A DNA stretch of 64,000 nt from Lama glama. Taxonomy: Eukaryota. The position numbers were made by a program, and so were the translations under genes. Positions within the stretch are counted from its first letter, which is position 1. Each line of letters starts with the position of its first letter. The DNA is taken from positions 66,776,001 through 66,840,000 of the forward strand of contig CM052817.1 in NCBI GenBank assembly GCA_028534125.1. Reading direction: 5' to 3'. A model generated the notes under the pieces. It saw nothing but the letters and a program-made list of their open reading frames with translations. It did no database searches and was not told the origin of the DNA. Positions 13,103 through 26,865 of this stretch are shown in pieces.

Positions 13103-14019
13103 TATTATGGTCAAATTAGAGTAGACACAAGAAAGTCCTCTATCATTTAGAGTCTACAATTTTTTAAGACATTCTGATGTTACAACCCATATAAACAGGT
13201 TTAATAAACTTGCCTGTCTTACCTTGGAAAATTAATACACTCATTTTCCTTTTCATATTTGGTGTAGAAGGCACGAAGAAAGGAAACTGAGAGAGAGTTA
13301 GTAGTGGATTCTATGGAATGGTTGGTTTATCCTTGCTCAAGAGGTAGGAAAACAGAAAGAAAGCCTCTGAAAGAAGAACTGGATTGTGATCTTTATTTCT
13401 CTGATCATTGACTTACCCACATCAGGTATATCTGACACATTAAATGGAATCAGAAAACAGCTCTAGAAGAAACATTGGTAGCATGTATCACTAAAGTTTA
13501 TTTTATTAATATTAAGTTATTTTTATTTTATTAGTATTTTATGAAGAATTTAGTATGTTAAGAACTCTGTAGTACCAAGGATAGTATCAATGGTGGGTAA
13601 GTATAACAAAAAGGCAGATATATAGCTGGTAGAGAGTTTTATAAGTCAGAAATTCTTTTTAATTGATTTTCAAACACTAATGCTGATTTTTTTTGTGCCT
13701 GAGGAAAAAGCAAAAGTCATATATAATACATTTTGACACAAAACACAGAAATATATTGGATTTATAGATTTTTTTTCCTTCAGAGAAATTTTCATCTATG
13801 CTCTTTGTTCTTATCAAAGGGATGTTGATGTCATTTTACATATCGTTTTTGAAAATACATAGATGTTGCCCAGTTAAATAGGTATTTCACATGACCTAAA
13901 GTGGTTTATGAACCTGTAATGTTCAGAACATCTTCTCAATCAACAGATACTTATGACTCAGACTTTGGAATGTCATTGTGTAGCATACATAAGACAAATA
14001 AGATAAGGCTTTTAACCTT

Positions 14020-14519
14020 NNNNNNNNNNNNNNNNNNNNNNNNNNNNNNNNNNNNNNNNNNNNNNNNNNNNNNNNNNNNNNNNNNNNNNNNNNNNNNNNN
14101 NNNNNNNNNNNNNNNNNNNNNNNNNNNNNNNNNNNNNNNNNNNNNNNNNNNNNNNNNNNNNNNNNNNNNNNNNNNNNNNNNNNNNNNNNNNNNNNNNNNN
14201 NNNNNNNNNNNNNNNNNNNNNNNNNNNNNNNNNNNNNNNNNNNNNNNNNNNNNNNNNNNNNNNNNNNNNNNNNNNNNNNNNNNNNNNNNNNNNNNNNNNN
14301 NNNNNNNNNNNNNNNNNNNNNNNNNNNNNNNNNNNNNNNNNNNNNNNNNNNNNNNNNNNNNNNNNNNNNNNNNNNNNNNNNNNNNNNNNNNNNNNNNNNN
14401 NNNNNNNNNNNNNNNNNNNNNNNNNNNNNNNNNNNNNNNNNNNNNNNNNNNNNNNNNNNNNNNNNNNNNNNNNNNNNNNNNNNNNNNNNNNNNNNNNNNN
14501 NNNNNNNNNNNNNNNNNNN
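14020..14519. other. Assembly gap (500 N)
   Basis: Run of N. Confidence 1.
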
Positions 14520-15944
14520 AACCTGTAATGTTCAGAACATCTTCTCAATCAACAGATACTTATGACTCAGACTTTGGAATGTCATTGTGTAGCATACATA
14601 AGACAAATAAGATAAGGCTTTTAACCTTCATGAACATCTAAAGTACTTGGAGAGGTAAGAAAAATGCACAAAATACAAAGAGATACTGACACAAGGCAAT
14701 ATATATTCAAGAATGTAAGTAATTTTAACCATAGTAGTGATTTAGAGATGGATGAGTTGGTTGGGGTTGGTTATAGAAAACATATGGAGGAGGTTGACTT
14801 TATTCTGGACATTGGAAAAATAGATAGGTTTTGAATAGACAAAGGAGAAACAGCAGAAATAGCTTAAGCATGATTGGAGACATCAGTTGGCATCATTGTG
14901 TTATACAGACATTGTGCTAGAGAGACTGATCTGATTTGGATGAATGACTTATGCTGGGAATGAGAGGGAAAGTAATGTGCAATAATTTGACTCTGGAGCC
15001 CAGATTATAATGATCCTGGGGTTATATATGGCATAAAAGACAATAAAGAATTATTGTAATAATAAAATGCAATCAGAGTGGGTTTCAGTATTAGCTCAGG
15101 CATAATTGTTGAGGTCTTCATTTCTATTCCACCACTTCTCTGAGGATTTAACCCTTTGTTTGGGGAAGCTTATGGATGGTCTAGTCTGTTGAAAAAGGTT
15201 AAATCACAAGGGAGAATTTGGATGAGACTCAGCAAGCTCCTTGTTGGAGAATATCATTTCTGCCGAGAGTTCTGTGAGAGACATGCAGACAAACCACTGT
15301 TGATGGAAGGTTCACACCAGGCAGCTACAAAGAGCACACCTAACAGGGCTCCTTGTCATAGAGATGGACAGGCTTGCCTTGGCTCCCTATACCTAACCTT
15401 TGTTACTAGTGCCAGACAATGCTTGGCAGGCTCGAGATGCAATTTCACTCCTCTCCTGGGAGTCCCTAGGTCTTGTCTTTGGCATCTCATTCCAAGCTCT
15501 GTAGACATCCTACAAGTTCCTACGCCATCGACTCCTCTTTCCTCCTGAGTCTGGTTGATTCTCATTTAGTCTTGCCTGAGTGGGACGGTCAGGGTCACCC
15601 TGTAGTCTTTTATGAATCTCTTTTTTATGCCATGAACCCTGTGCTCTGCTTTCTGAGCCTTCCTTTCTGGTTCTTGAGAGTTTTTAATTCCCTTAATAAT
15701 CTTGGCTCCTACAAATCAAAAACACTGTTTGCTTTTTAAAAATATTTTTGATATGAGTTCAAGAGCTTGTTTGAAATTAAAAAAACAAGTACAAAAATTG
15801 AATATTGGCAGTTTCTTTTAATTTTTATTTTTGCTTCACAATTCTAATCTCCTTTATTCAAAGTAGATGCCTCTGACTGGCTGGAGAATTACACATAAGG
15901 AAATATGATCAAAAATAATATTTAAAGCTATTTTCTCACTATGT

Positions 15945-16210
15945 AATAATGATAGTAACATTTATTGTCCTCTTCTGTGCCAGAATCTGGGACAGTACAC
16001 ATGGATGATCTCATTTTGATTAAATAATTAAGGATTTGATTAATCAGTACAGTTTTAAGTGTTATATACTGTTACATATTTTACAAGGAAGGATAGTAGA
16101 ACTCTGAGAAGTTAAATAACTAGTTAAGCTTATGGAGCTAGTAAGTTAATGGTCAGGCTAAAGTTCAAACCTGGGAAGTCTACGCAGAGCCTGTACTTAC
16201 TGGCTGTGCT
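15945..16210 (-). mobile_element. MIR SINE
   Basis: AACATTTATTG..TGTGCCAG..CATATTTTACA..CTGAGAAGTTAAATAAC..TTCAAACC. Confidence 0.75.
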
Positions 16211-16479
16211 CTCGAAATATGTTCTGTATCAAGAAATTAATGTAATTACAGAAGTAGTTTTGGAAGATTAGTTTGGCATCTGCACAAGAGCCTAGAAAGA
16301 GGGTTATTGTTTTGAAGATTATTTTAGTCTTTCAATATGTCAAGTGCTATAGGCACAAATTCAAGTGAAGGTCCTAGATATGTAGCTCCATGGGCCAGGG
16401 AACTGTGAGCAACATGAAGACACAGAATTTAAGATTAGCAACTTTAGAAAGTGATAGGAAAATATAAAATATCCTCTAG

Positions 16480-16650
16480 AAGTGTTTTCCAAACTTCTTT
16501 AGCCACAAAATCGTCTGGGACACATGTTATAAACAAAAAATCCTGAGCCCAACCCAACCAGTCTCTCAGGAGCGGATTTTCCAAGGGAATCTCCTTTTCT
16601 AAATGAGGATGCCAGTGATTTCTGTGATCAGATAAACTGAACAAGACTTT
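16480..16650. mobile_element. MER5-like hAT-Charlie element
   Basis: AGTGTTTTCCAAACTT start; GTGATTTCTGTGATCAG near the end. Confidence 0.6.
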
Positions 16651-19600
16651 ATAGAATAAACCTTTTAATTTTTTTCTCTATAGAAGCTATGCATTGCTTA
16701 ATTATAGTGGCTTTTCTTAACTCACTGGCAAAATTTACTTTTCTTATTATTGGTGCTTAATGTATAGAGTGGTTAACAAGTTAGGCCGAGACAGGTAAAG
16801 GCTTTCAGTTCCACTAGTAAATCATCCAGATATGTTGAGGTTTTATGCCATTGCATCATTTTCACAGCAGCACACTGTGTTGATTTTGTGCCATCAGACA
16901 CGTGGCACTTTCAGCTCTTTAACAGTGTCTATAAGAATAATGATTTGGCATGAAGCATATTTTCACAGATTTCACAATACATCTAATTTATAAGGATACA
17001 CATAATTTTTACAGAGGAAAATGTCTTGAGATATATAATTACCCAGGGGCATTAAATATATAGCATACCAAGAATATCTAATCATATGGTAAAAAGATAC
17101 CAAGAATATATCAACAATATCAAGTAAAAAGATTTGGAAAATCTGGTGTAGGTCTTTAAAGAAATCTCTATTTTAATAGAATTAAGTAAGTAACTAAGTC
17201 TGACGTGCACTCCATATTCAAAAGCACTATCCTAGAAAGTGCTAGCTTCAAATTAAAGAAGAGAGTGACCAAGCTAACATTTTAAATAATAACTTAAATT
17301 ATGACTGAAAACTATACTGTTGTTGCCTATATCAGGCAAAGCACCACCAAGACTCAGAAAAATGGAAACATATCAAGGCCAAGGAGGGTACTGACAAGTG
17401 TCTGGTTGTTTCCCCTATAGAGTTCGGTTTCTGAAATATTGAAGCATTTTATCTACACGTATTTAACTTAGAGAAGGCTGGGGCACTTTTTTCTAACTGA
17501 ATATTTCTTTCCATGAAACTCATATCAAATAATCTTCATTATTTCTGATACCTCCCTTTTTACAGTGAATGAGTCTGTATAACTTTTCAAGGGCCCTCTA
17601 AGAAATTCTAAAGACATTTTAAAAACAAAAGATATCCTGAAAGTTATTTTATTTCACTTTATGTTTAGGATTCAATCTTAAGAAGGAAAAAAAATAAGTT
17701 GTCAGGAGATTTGAATAATCAAGATGGAAATGTGAATGATTGAGAAACATTTGACTACTCAATTGAAAGTAACAATAAAACATTTAAAAATAAACGTAGG
17801 AAGCAACATGGTTATCAAGAACTGTAGCTCTTTCTTAAGTGAGGACGTTTTGTTTTCTTAAATGAACAAGGATGTAATAAAACTAAAAGAAAGCACAGAA
17901 AATTATTCTGGTAACACACAGAATCTTTGCCATCTAGACAGATTACACAGAAAAAAAAATCCTTTATATTTTAGAGGAAAGCAGTAAACAGTAGACTTGG
18001 GACATAAACCCATAAAAAACTGAGCAAAATTTGATACGATTTTAACACATTTCTTTGCTTCTCAGACTCATTATTTATATATAGTAGAATCTGAGGAACA
18101 TGAAATTCATTTTCTGCATTTCTTCCACTTTCTATATCCATCAGGTTTTCTTTTGTCTTTCTTTTCCACTCTGGAACAGTCAGTCACTTTAGGACAGAGC
18201 TGTTCTCTTTTTTTCTTAACAAAACCACATCTTACTACTTTGCACATAAGATTGTGCCTCTCTGCCAAGAATGCTTATGGTAGAGTCTTATTCAAGTATA
18301 TTAATTATAACTTTTAACCAAAGTGATTTCTATTTTACAGAGAAAACTCAGGGGATAGATAGTTGTCAACTGTCACAGACTAGCATTTTCGATGAGCAAG
18401 AGTGAATAAACACACATCAAACAACTTTCTGCAGACACAGACATTTCTTATACAACTTCTCAAAAAACTAAAAAATATAGCCTCCCTGTACAATATAACC
18501 ATAAGAAGCAAAAGCACATGAACTTAAAACTGTGCTTAGTAATCATCTTTAGTATTCTGTCTTAGAAATGATCTCAGTGTCCAATTAATACCCATTTAGT
18601 ATCTCAGCTTCATAGTAGTCCTAAGATCTTGCAAATTAATCTTCTAGCTTACATATTATAAAATATAATTACTGTTGAAACAAAAATTTCAGGATAATGA
18701 ATCAATTTGGTTAAATGTCAATTTATATTTTTCAAAGCTTTACACATTAAGTAGAAGTAACAGCAGCTTATTTGATCACTACTTCTGTGTAAGTTTAGGA
18801 AGAACATGCTCAAATAGACTAAAAATGAAAGCTCATATTATACTTTCTGCTGATAAATTAGATAAGACATAGCTATTTTTATTAAATAGAAATAATAGAT
18901 GCCTTGTATGTGTTGTCTTTCAAGACAACCGGTGGTTGTCTCCATCGCTTTTTGGGAATATAAAACATTTGGTGTGGAATGAAAGGGTCAGGAAAGAATG
19001 ATTGGTATTGTATTGCTGATTTAAGTTATGCTGAGTTGTCAAATGGTTAAGAAGCGATGGTAATAAAGTAATCTCATACACAAATATACTTTCTGGCTCC
19101 CTACTCAAGTATACATCATTTAGGCATATTGACAGAGATAAACAAAACCGAAACCAATATAGTGTGGGACTAACTCATAAATAAAATATGTCTATGGTAT
19201 ACTCTTTATGAATTTGTTTTCTGTAACAAAAGATTCAGCTTTTTAAAAGAACAAAAGCTAAACAAACCCCAAAACACTCAGTACTTTAAATACAAGAGAA
19301 TTTTAAAATAGGTAACCCTCTTGTGTGTGGTATTTCAGAATCCTGTGTTTCTATTGAACTTAGAAACATTTTTTCCCTCGGTATACATGGTTTGATGTCA
19401 ACCCTTCAAGATACTGAGTATATCTCAGCAATGACCTTAGTTGCCATATGTGTGTTAATGATGTCAGAAGAGATCTTGAATATTCTTTTAGTCTGTCCTT
19501 TTGTGGGGAATTGGAGATGGAAAGCATTTGATCATTTTATTTTATAATGTGTCTGAAAGTTATTGCACAATTAACTTTAATAAAATATTTTCAGCCTTGT

Positions 19601-20087
19601 CCTTAAACATTTCCTGAGGACATCAGTTAGAAATGTGCTCTAGGACTTCATAATGATCATACCCTAACCTGTCTAAATAGAGGTGGTTTTTATTTCCTTA
19701 TCTAATATCTGATTTAGAATACACATGGAAAATAGGATTATGCTTTTCGTAAAGTTTTCTCTTATAGACTTTTCTCTTTATGTAAAGTAAAAAATATTTA
19801 AGCAAAGAATAAGGCTTAGCATTTAAGGTATTCACTTACTATAAAGAGATAGAACCATGAAATCTTTTGAATGATAACCCACTCAAAAGATAATGTACTT
19901 TTATTGTATTGGATTGGGTATTGAGAGTTACCATATTTTAATCTCATCTAATCTTCAGCCTGTGTTCAAATTTCCCTGTTTGTCCTGAAAATGCTTTTTT
20001 TACTCAGTTCATTTGCACCAGAATTCAATCATATATCACATATTATATTGAGTTGTTATGCATCTTAGATTTCTGAATCTAAAATAT

Positions 20088-21433
20088 TTTCTTTTTTTTC
20101 CAGTTTTATTGAGATATAATTGACGTACAGCACTGAATAAGTTTAGGCAGTACAGCATAATGATTTGACTTATATCATGAAATGATTTTTACGAAAGGTT
20201 TATAGAACATCTATCATCTTGTATAGATACAAAATTAAAGAAATAGAAAAAAAATTTTTCCCCTTGTGATGAGAACTCTTAGGATTTACTCTCTCTTAAC
20301 AACTTTAATATATAACATACCCATAGTGTTAATAATATTTACTATGTTGTACATTACATTCCTAGTACCTTTTTGTCATATAACTAGAAGTTTGTACCTT
20401 TTGGTTACCTTCCTCCAGTTTCCCTCCCCGCAACCCCCTCCTCCCATAACCACAAATATTATCTCTTTTTCTATGAGTTTGTTTCATTTTGAAGTATAAC
20501 TGACCTACAACACTATGCTAGTTCCTCTTACACAACATAGTGATTTCTATACATTTCAAAATGATCACCATAAGTCTCTTACCATTTATCACCATACAAC
20601 AGTATTACATAATTATTGACTATATTCCCCCACACTGTACATTTCATACCTGTGATTCATTTATTTTGTAGTTGAAAGCTTGTACCTCTTAATCTCCCTT
20701 ACCTATATCTCTCCTTCCTGCATTCCCCTCCACTCTGTCAATGACCTGTTTATTCTTTGTATTTATGACTGTTCTTGTTTAGTTATGTTTGTTCATTTGT
20801 TGTTTCTTAGATCCCAGTATGAGTGAGATTATACAGTATGTGTCTTTGTTTGACTTATGTCACCTAGCGTAGTATCCTTTACTTCTATCCATGTTGTTAC
20901 AAATGTGAAGGTTTCATTCTTTTCCATGGCTGAGTAGTACTCCATTGTATATATACCACATCTTTATTCATTCATCTGTTGATGGGCACTTAGGTTGCTT
21001 CCATATCTTGGCTATCATAAATAATGCTTCAGTTAATATAGAAGTGCATATATCTTTTTGAATTAGAGTTTTTGTTTTCTTTGGATTAATACCCAGGAGT
21101 GGAATTAATGGATCATATGGTCATTTTAAATTTTTCTTGTAAGGAATCTCCATACTGTTTCCTGTAGTGGCTGTGTCAATTTACAGTCCCACCAATCACT
21201 TGTCTTCACATCCTTGTCAACACTTGTTATTTTTTGTCTTTTGATAATAGCCATTCTGACAGGTTGAGGTGGTATCTCATTGTGGTTTTGATTTGCAATT
21301 TCCTGATGATTAGTGATGTTGATCAACCTTTCATATGCCTGTTGGCCATCTGTGTGTCTTCTTTGGAAAAATATATATTCAGGTCCTCTGCCCATTTTTA
21401 AGCAGATTACTTCTTGTTTTGATATTGAGTTGT
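20088..21433 (-). mobile_element. LINE-1 3' portion (older subfamily)
   Basis: TTTTATTGAGATATAATTGAC tail; ORF2-like [13 protein letters not shown] in ORF 21126-21449. Confidence 0.93.
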
Positions 21434-21782
21434 GTCTCTTATGTACCAAATCAGCAAATTAAGGAGATACAAAATTATTTCACCTATGCTAGACTTTTTT
21501 TAATAACAAAAATAGTAACATACAGTGTCAACCTTACCCTCATTCCCTTCCCCTTCCTCTCTTTCAACAGGCAACAGTTCTTTTGAGTATTTTTAAAACA
21601 TTCTCCTTCTCTTATGGAAGGAATGAAAACAACAGTTATCCATAATCCTATCATGTTCTCCTTTAATCATATTATAAGCACATGTAAACATTTCTCTCCT
21701 TGTCCATCTAACTTAATGATTTCCAAATCTCAATTTCAGAACTGTTCCTTCTAATACCTAAGGCCAATCTAATAGATTCTAA

Positions 21783-22098
21783 ACAGATGTTACAAATGCA
21801 AAGGCCCCCAGGTACCAGCAGGAGATTAGAGAGCCACCACATCAGAGTGGGCATTCTGTCTGGATTGAGTTCATGTCCTGTTTACAGAAGGTAAATCCTT
21901 GCTACCATCTGGGAATGGCAACAAGTGAACGTCCAATATTAAGTAGTCTGATTTTTGAAAGAAAACACGGAAATGTTGGTATCTTTATTTCTAGTTGTAA
22001 AATTTCATCTACTTACAATTTATAAAAGCACCTTTTGAGTTAAATTAAACTGGTCGGTAGGCCAGAGATAGCTCGTGGTCTGCCACTTTGCAACTGTA
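21783..22098. mobile_element. MER102-like hAT-Charlie element
   Basis: Left end CAGATGTTACAAA and right end CTTTGCAACTG are degenerate TIRs; about 315 bp. Confidence 0.55.
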
Positions 22099-22349
22099 GT
22101 AAAATGGAGCAGCTGTAGCTATTTTTCTGATTGAGTGCACTCTCTTTTTCCCCTGCCCTGGATTTTTTAACCACATTTTTTGCTCATGTCTGGGCTTCCT
22201 GTCTGAGAAGCCCTCTGTGACTTGGCCTCACTCTGCCATCCCAGCTTCAAGCCTGCTTCTCCCATTAAAGTTACCTATTTGCAGTCCACTGAACAGCATT
22301 GGCATTGTTTTCCCCACAGTTTTGCTCCTGAAGTTGTGTCTACAGATGT

Positions 22350-22550
22350 GTCACATAGTGCAAAGAGACTGAATTTGGATTTAGATAAACCTGTGTTTTC
22401 ATTCTAGCCCAGTCATATTCTCTTATTGAGCTTCCAGATAGGTTACTTAACCCCTCTGGATGCTAGAGTCCTGACTGTACAATAGTATTAGCATTCTGAA
22501 GTCTCAATAAAATAATGTAATGAAATACCTAACAAAGTGCTTAATACATA
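22350..22550 (+). mobile_element. MIR SINE
   Basis: GTTACTTAACCCCTCTG core. Confidence 0.65.
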
Positions 22551-23099
22551 ATGCATGTGTAATGAAATATGCTCCTGCATCTGTAGATCCAAACTCTCAT
22601 TTCTAATTATCTCACTCACGTTCTGTCTTCATCTTAATGTCTTCTCTCAGTCCACTCCCTCCTCTCCTCTGAACTCCTGTAGAACTTATTTTCTCCATGG
22701 TATATTTGCCATCTTGAACAATTATGTAACTTCTGTGCCAACTTTTCACATACTTGTCATCACTCTAACCACAATGTAAACTTCTATGGACAGAGATAAC
22801 AATAAACAATTTTGAGTTGCTTGGAATAGCCCACAGTCTTTTACACATTCTTAATGTCTAGATGCCAACTAGTTTCTCTAGGTTTTTAAAGCCTCCAAAT
22901 CGTAGGATAGAAAGAAATCTTAGAGATTATTACTTCAATTGATCATTTTATAGATGAGGAAATTGTTTTCCTTGAAGTAGTTATCAGGGTGCCATGGATG
23001 GTGAGGGACAGAACTGGGGAACTGGAGTTAAACATGAAAAAATTTCAATTTGTCTACTCTTACAGTGTTCTTAGTGTGATAGCATTAGCTCTGCAGTGA

Positions 23100-23245
23100 A
23101 ATATTTCACTCTAACTCTTCCTCTTACCAGCTATGTGAACTTATGCAAGTTATATAATATTTATGAGCTTTAGTTTCTTAATTTCTCAAAGGCGGATGTT
23201 AAAACCTAAGAGTTTCTTGAGCATAAATGAAGTAATATATATGGA
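23100..23245 (+). mobile_element. MIR SINE
   Basis: CTTACCAGCTATGTGAACTTATGCAAGTTA..TTAGTTTCTT. Confidence 0.65.
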
Positions 23246-23727
23246 TATGTAAAAAAAGGTAATTTTTAACCTTTTTATCATTTTTTATAAAAATGAGAAA
23301 TTATTCACATTTTTTATCATCACCTTTGATGATACAAATTCTACTAATGTATTTATACGTTTGCTGACTGTCATTTCGGAAATTGGACAATGATGGTTGC
23401 CATCCTTTGTTTTAAAGACTGGATACTTTAAAACACAATTATTTTTCAATCTTTGGTTCTTCAGGTCAAAAAATTTCAGCTTACCTAATCTTTCTTAAGA
23501 TGTAGGATTTTGAAACTCATAATATTTTTATAATTCTCCTGTAAACTTTCTTTACAATTTTTTCTCATTCTTTAATATGAAGTACATTATATATACATAT
23601 ATTTACTGCACATATTTTTAAAATTTACATATATGTACTATTCATTGTTTCTAAGAATGTTTACAGCTTTAGGTTTTTAAACTTACATAGTTATCAGAGG
23701 AATAAAGCCAACCACAAAATAAGGATT

Positions 23728-23900
23728 GATTCAAAAAGATACATACACCCTGCTATTACAGCAACATTATTTATAATAGCCAAGATACAGAAGCATCCTA
23801 AGTGCACATCACTAGATGAATGGATAAAGAAGATGCAGCATCTATATGAAATGGATTACAACTCACCCATAAGAAAGAAGGATATTTTGCCATTTTCAGC
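23728..23900 (+). mobile_element. Internal LINE-1 fragment without tail
   Basis: TTCAAAAAGATACATACACC..ATAGCCAAGATA..GATGAATGGATAAAGAAGATG. Confidence 0.85.
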
Positions 23901-24025
23901 CCTTTATTCACTTTTTTTTCTCCAAAGTACACTATATTGTAAAGCAGGGTTATTGCACTCATTATTTCTATGTTCTAATTCATTGTTTATCATGACTGTT
24001 TTAACTATCTGTGAATCTGAGTTTT

Positions 24026-24132
24026 ATTTTTTCAATTTTTTAAAATCTTTTATTTCTTCACAAAGAAAACAAAAAAAGGACACTAAAACTGGGAGAAAAT
24101 ATTTGCAACAAAAAGATCAGAGAATAGATTTG
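24026..24132 (-). mobile_element. Short retrotransposed insert flanked by 13-bp direct repeats
   Basis: GAATCTGAGTTTT at 24013-24025 and 24133-24145; minus strand has AATAAA followed by an A-rich tail. Confidence 0.6.
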
Positions 24133-25069
24133 GAATCTGAGTTTTTGAGTTGTAATTATTTGAATTTGTTATTATTATGCTATTTTGGTGGTTGTGTTAT
24201 ACCGTCTTGCTTAAGAAATATTAAGTAATCATTAGTCTGTATTCAGATTTTTAAAGTGTTACTAGTATAAACCTTTCTTGATACTCTGGAATACTGAAAA
24301 TGCTTTCAGCCAAACATAAATAGATTTTCGGAAAGCCAGACTGAGCTGTACAAAAAAACACTCTGTGTCATTCAGAATAGAGAACTAGTTAGTTCAGAAG
24401 TAGCTTTTATTGTCACATAAGTATTGTCAAGTAAACAATTTATCAGTAACTTCAAGCATGTCCTTGCTGTGTAAAAGGCTGAGATTTTGGGCTTCCTTCT
24501 CAGTGTTGTTCCCTTACACTTTTTTTTCTACTTGTCCCATTAATAATCCATAGCATTTAGTGCTGGCTATTAAAAACCTCAAAACATATTTTTTAAATAA
24601 ATAAGTCAATAAATGCATGATAGCCCCTAACAACTTCTTCACTTCTCTCTCAACTCTGTCCATTCCTATTTTAGACATAAAGAATACTTACACATATTAT
24701 TTATGTACAAAATGCTGTATTTTTCTGGTAAATGAACACATACTCTTAATTCTTTAGCCCTTTGAGGTGCTTGAAAAAAACATAGCTTTTCTGGTCTAGG
24801 CTTTTGTGAAAAATGTGTATTAGCTGGACACCAAGAAATCTGGCATATTTTGAATGGAGAGTGCTCACAGAGAAGAAATGCCTCAAATCCCTAAAGCACT
24901 CGAAGTACTGTCATTAACTTGTGATTTCCTCGCAGAGGAAGGCAGAGGGAACAGCAGCATGGAGTACAGAAAATAGAAATGGAGTGGACTGTTTTCATAC
25001 AGAAAATAGAGATGGAGTAGACCAGCAAAGTCTAGGGAAATCTGGAAATCAAAGTGATCAATTGGATGG

Positions 25070-25300
25070 ATTTAGAGCATAATTTAAGGGCACAAGCTTT
25101 GGAATCAGAATGCCTGAAATTGTACTCTCTTTTTCTACTTGCTAGCAATGTACTAGCTATGTGCAAACTTCTCCTGTTTTAATTTCTTGATCGATACGGT
25201 GGGAATAATAGTACCTGCCTCATATAATTGTTGTAAGGATTAAGAAGGCACTTTATAAAGTACATAATAGAAAACCTGGCACATGCTACAGATTGTTATT
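25070..25300 (+). mobile_element. MIR SINE
   Basis: GCTTTGGAATCAGA..GGGAATAATAGTACCTGCCTCATA..AAGGATTAA. Confidence 0.8.
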
Positions 25301-25477
25301 TTTAAAGGAGCTATAAATCAGAGGATTCTCGTGTTTGAGATTTGTAAGACTTTTCTGGGGTACTCACATGTATAGAGCAAGATAATTGGAAGCATCTTTG
25401 CATATAATTTTGTGAAATGAATGTATTTTTGATTATAGTTTTCAGGATCACATGGCTATCAAGTCTCAACTAAATTA

Positions 25478-25628
25478 TTCTTGCTTTCTTTCCTTTCTCC
25501 TCCCCTCCTTCCCTCTCCCTCTCTCCCTCCTTTCCACCCTTCCTATCTTCTTCTTTCCTTCCTGTCTTTTCTTCCTACCTTCCCCATTCCTTTTCCCCTT
25601 TCTTTCTGCTTTCTTCTCTTCCTTTCTA
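25478..25628. repeat. CT-rich low-complexity tract
   Basis: About 150 bp of near-pure pyrimidine. Confidence 0.9.
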
Positions 25629-25690
25629 CCAGTATTTACTACTTAACAAATGTGTTTCAGATCATCCTAGGTACTGACAATATTTTCTTC

Positions 25691-25694
<4 letters not shown>

Positions 25695-25749
<55 letters not shown>
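25695..25749. repeat. (TATC)13 microsatellite
   Basis: Perfect tetranucleotide array. Confidence 0.98.
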
Positions 25750-26619
25750 TAAAAGGAAGTAGCTATTCCTAACTGAGTCATTAAAAGACTTCATGAAAGA
25801 AAAATGTTTAAACTGAGCCTTGATTTTGTGTTCTCCAGGTAGTTAGGTAGATTGCAGAGTGGAATGGGGAAAGAGAAAAAAGGTGGAAGGTGCAGAATTA
25901 CAAGGGACAGAGGCATGAAATAACACAGTGGTATTTATTGGTATGGTTAGAAAAAATGACTTCATTGACGATTTTGTACATTATCATGATTGTCATAGTG
26001 TTTTCAGTTGGGGAGTGATGTGATCATGTTCACCTTCTGGCAACAGTATAAAAAATGGATTAGAAGTGGTGGGAAGATTTAAGGATATTACTGTAATATT
26101 TCCAATGAAATACTCTCTGGCTAGAAGTATTCAGCATGATGAGAGTGAACAGGTACTAGAAAGGGAGAATAGGCAGGATTTGATAACCAGTTAAGCCTAC
26201 AATAATTATATACCATTTCCTAGATTATGTTTGCCCATGGAAAGTCAAGAGCTGATTCCCATGTGCACATACTCGACTGTCCTTGACTTGGGGGTGATTC
26301 AAGGTCTCTGCCTCCACATAGTACTGAATACCCCCACTTCCCACATTGTTGCTGTAATCAGTATTACCAGCACCGCTGAGCTTCATTTCTGGCTCTAGCT
26401 GCTCTTGCCTCCTCCCTTGGTCTCATTTTTGTGGCTGTTTCTGCTGGTTCTAGTCCAATATCATCGTTGTTGCTGTTTTGCTGGCTCCACTGCTACTGTG
26501 GTTGTGAGCAGCCCCAAGATTATCCAGGACTGCTGCCCCAATCATGTTTAAAGGATCCAGTTCATCTGCAGTTGGTATCATACCTGACCCTGATCTTGTT
26601 TTACTATGAACATGGAATA

Positions 26620-26865
26620 TAGAAAAAGTAATGTGCTTTTCAACCAGTAAAGTTGAGATTTCGTTTTTAGCTCTGCCACTTACTAATTCTGTGATACTTT
26701 GGGTAAGTTACTCAAACTCTAAGTCTTAGTTTCTTTATCCTTAAAAATAGGATAGTACTAATTATCATATAGGATTGTTCTGAGGACTCAATGACTTCAT
26801 GTAGTTAAACTTCCTAACATACTGTTGGCATATAGTGTGGCATAGGTAACTACTTTTTTATTACT
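26620..26865 (+). mobile_element. MIR SINE
   Basis: GCTCTGCCACTTACTA..TTGGGTAAGTTACT..CATATAGGATTGTT. Confidence 0.85.

Noticed and set aside
13901..14641. 246-aa and 178-aa ORFs
   Set aside because: They are open only because they run through the N gap.
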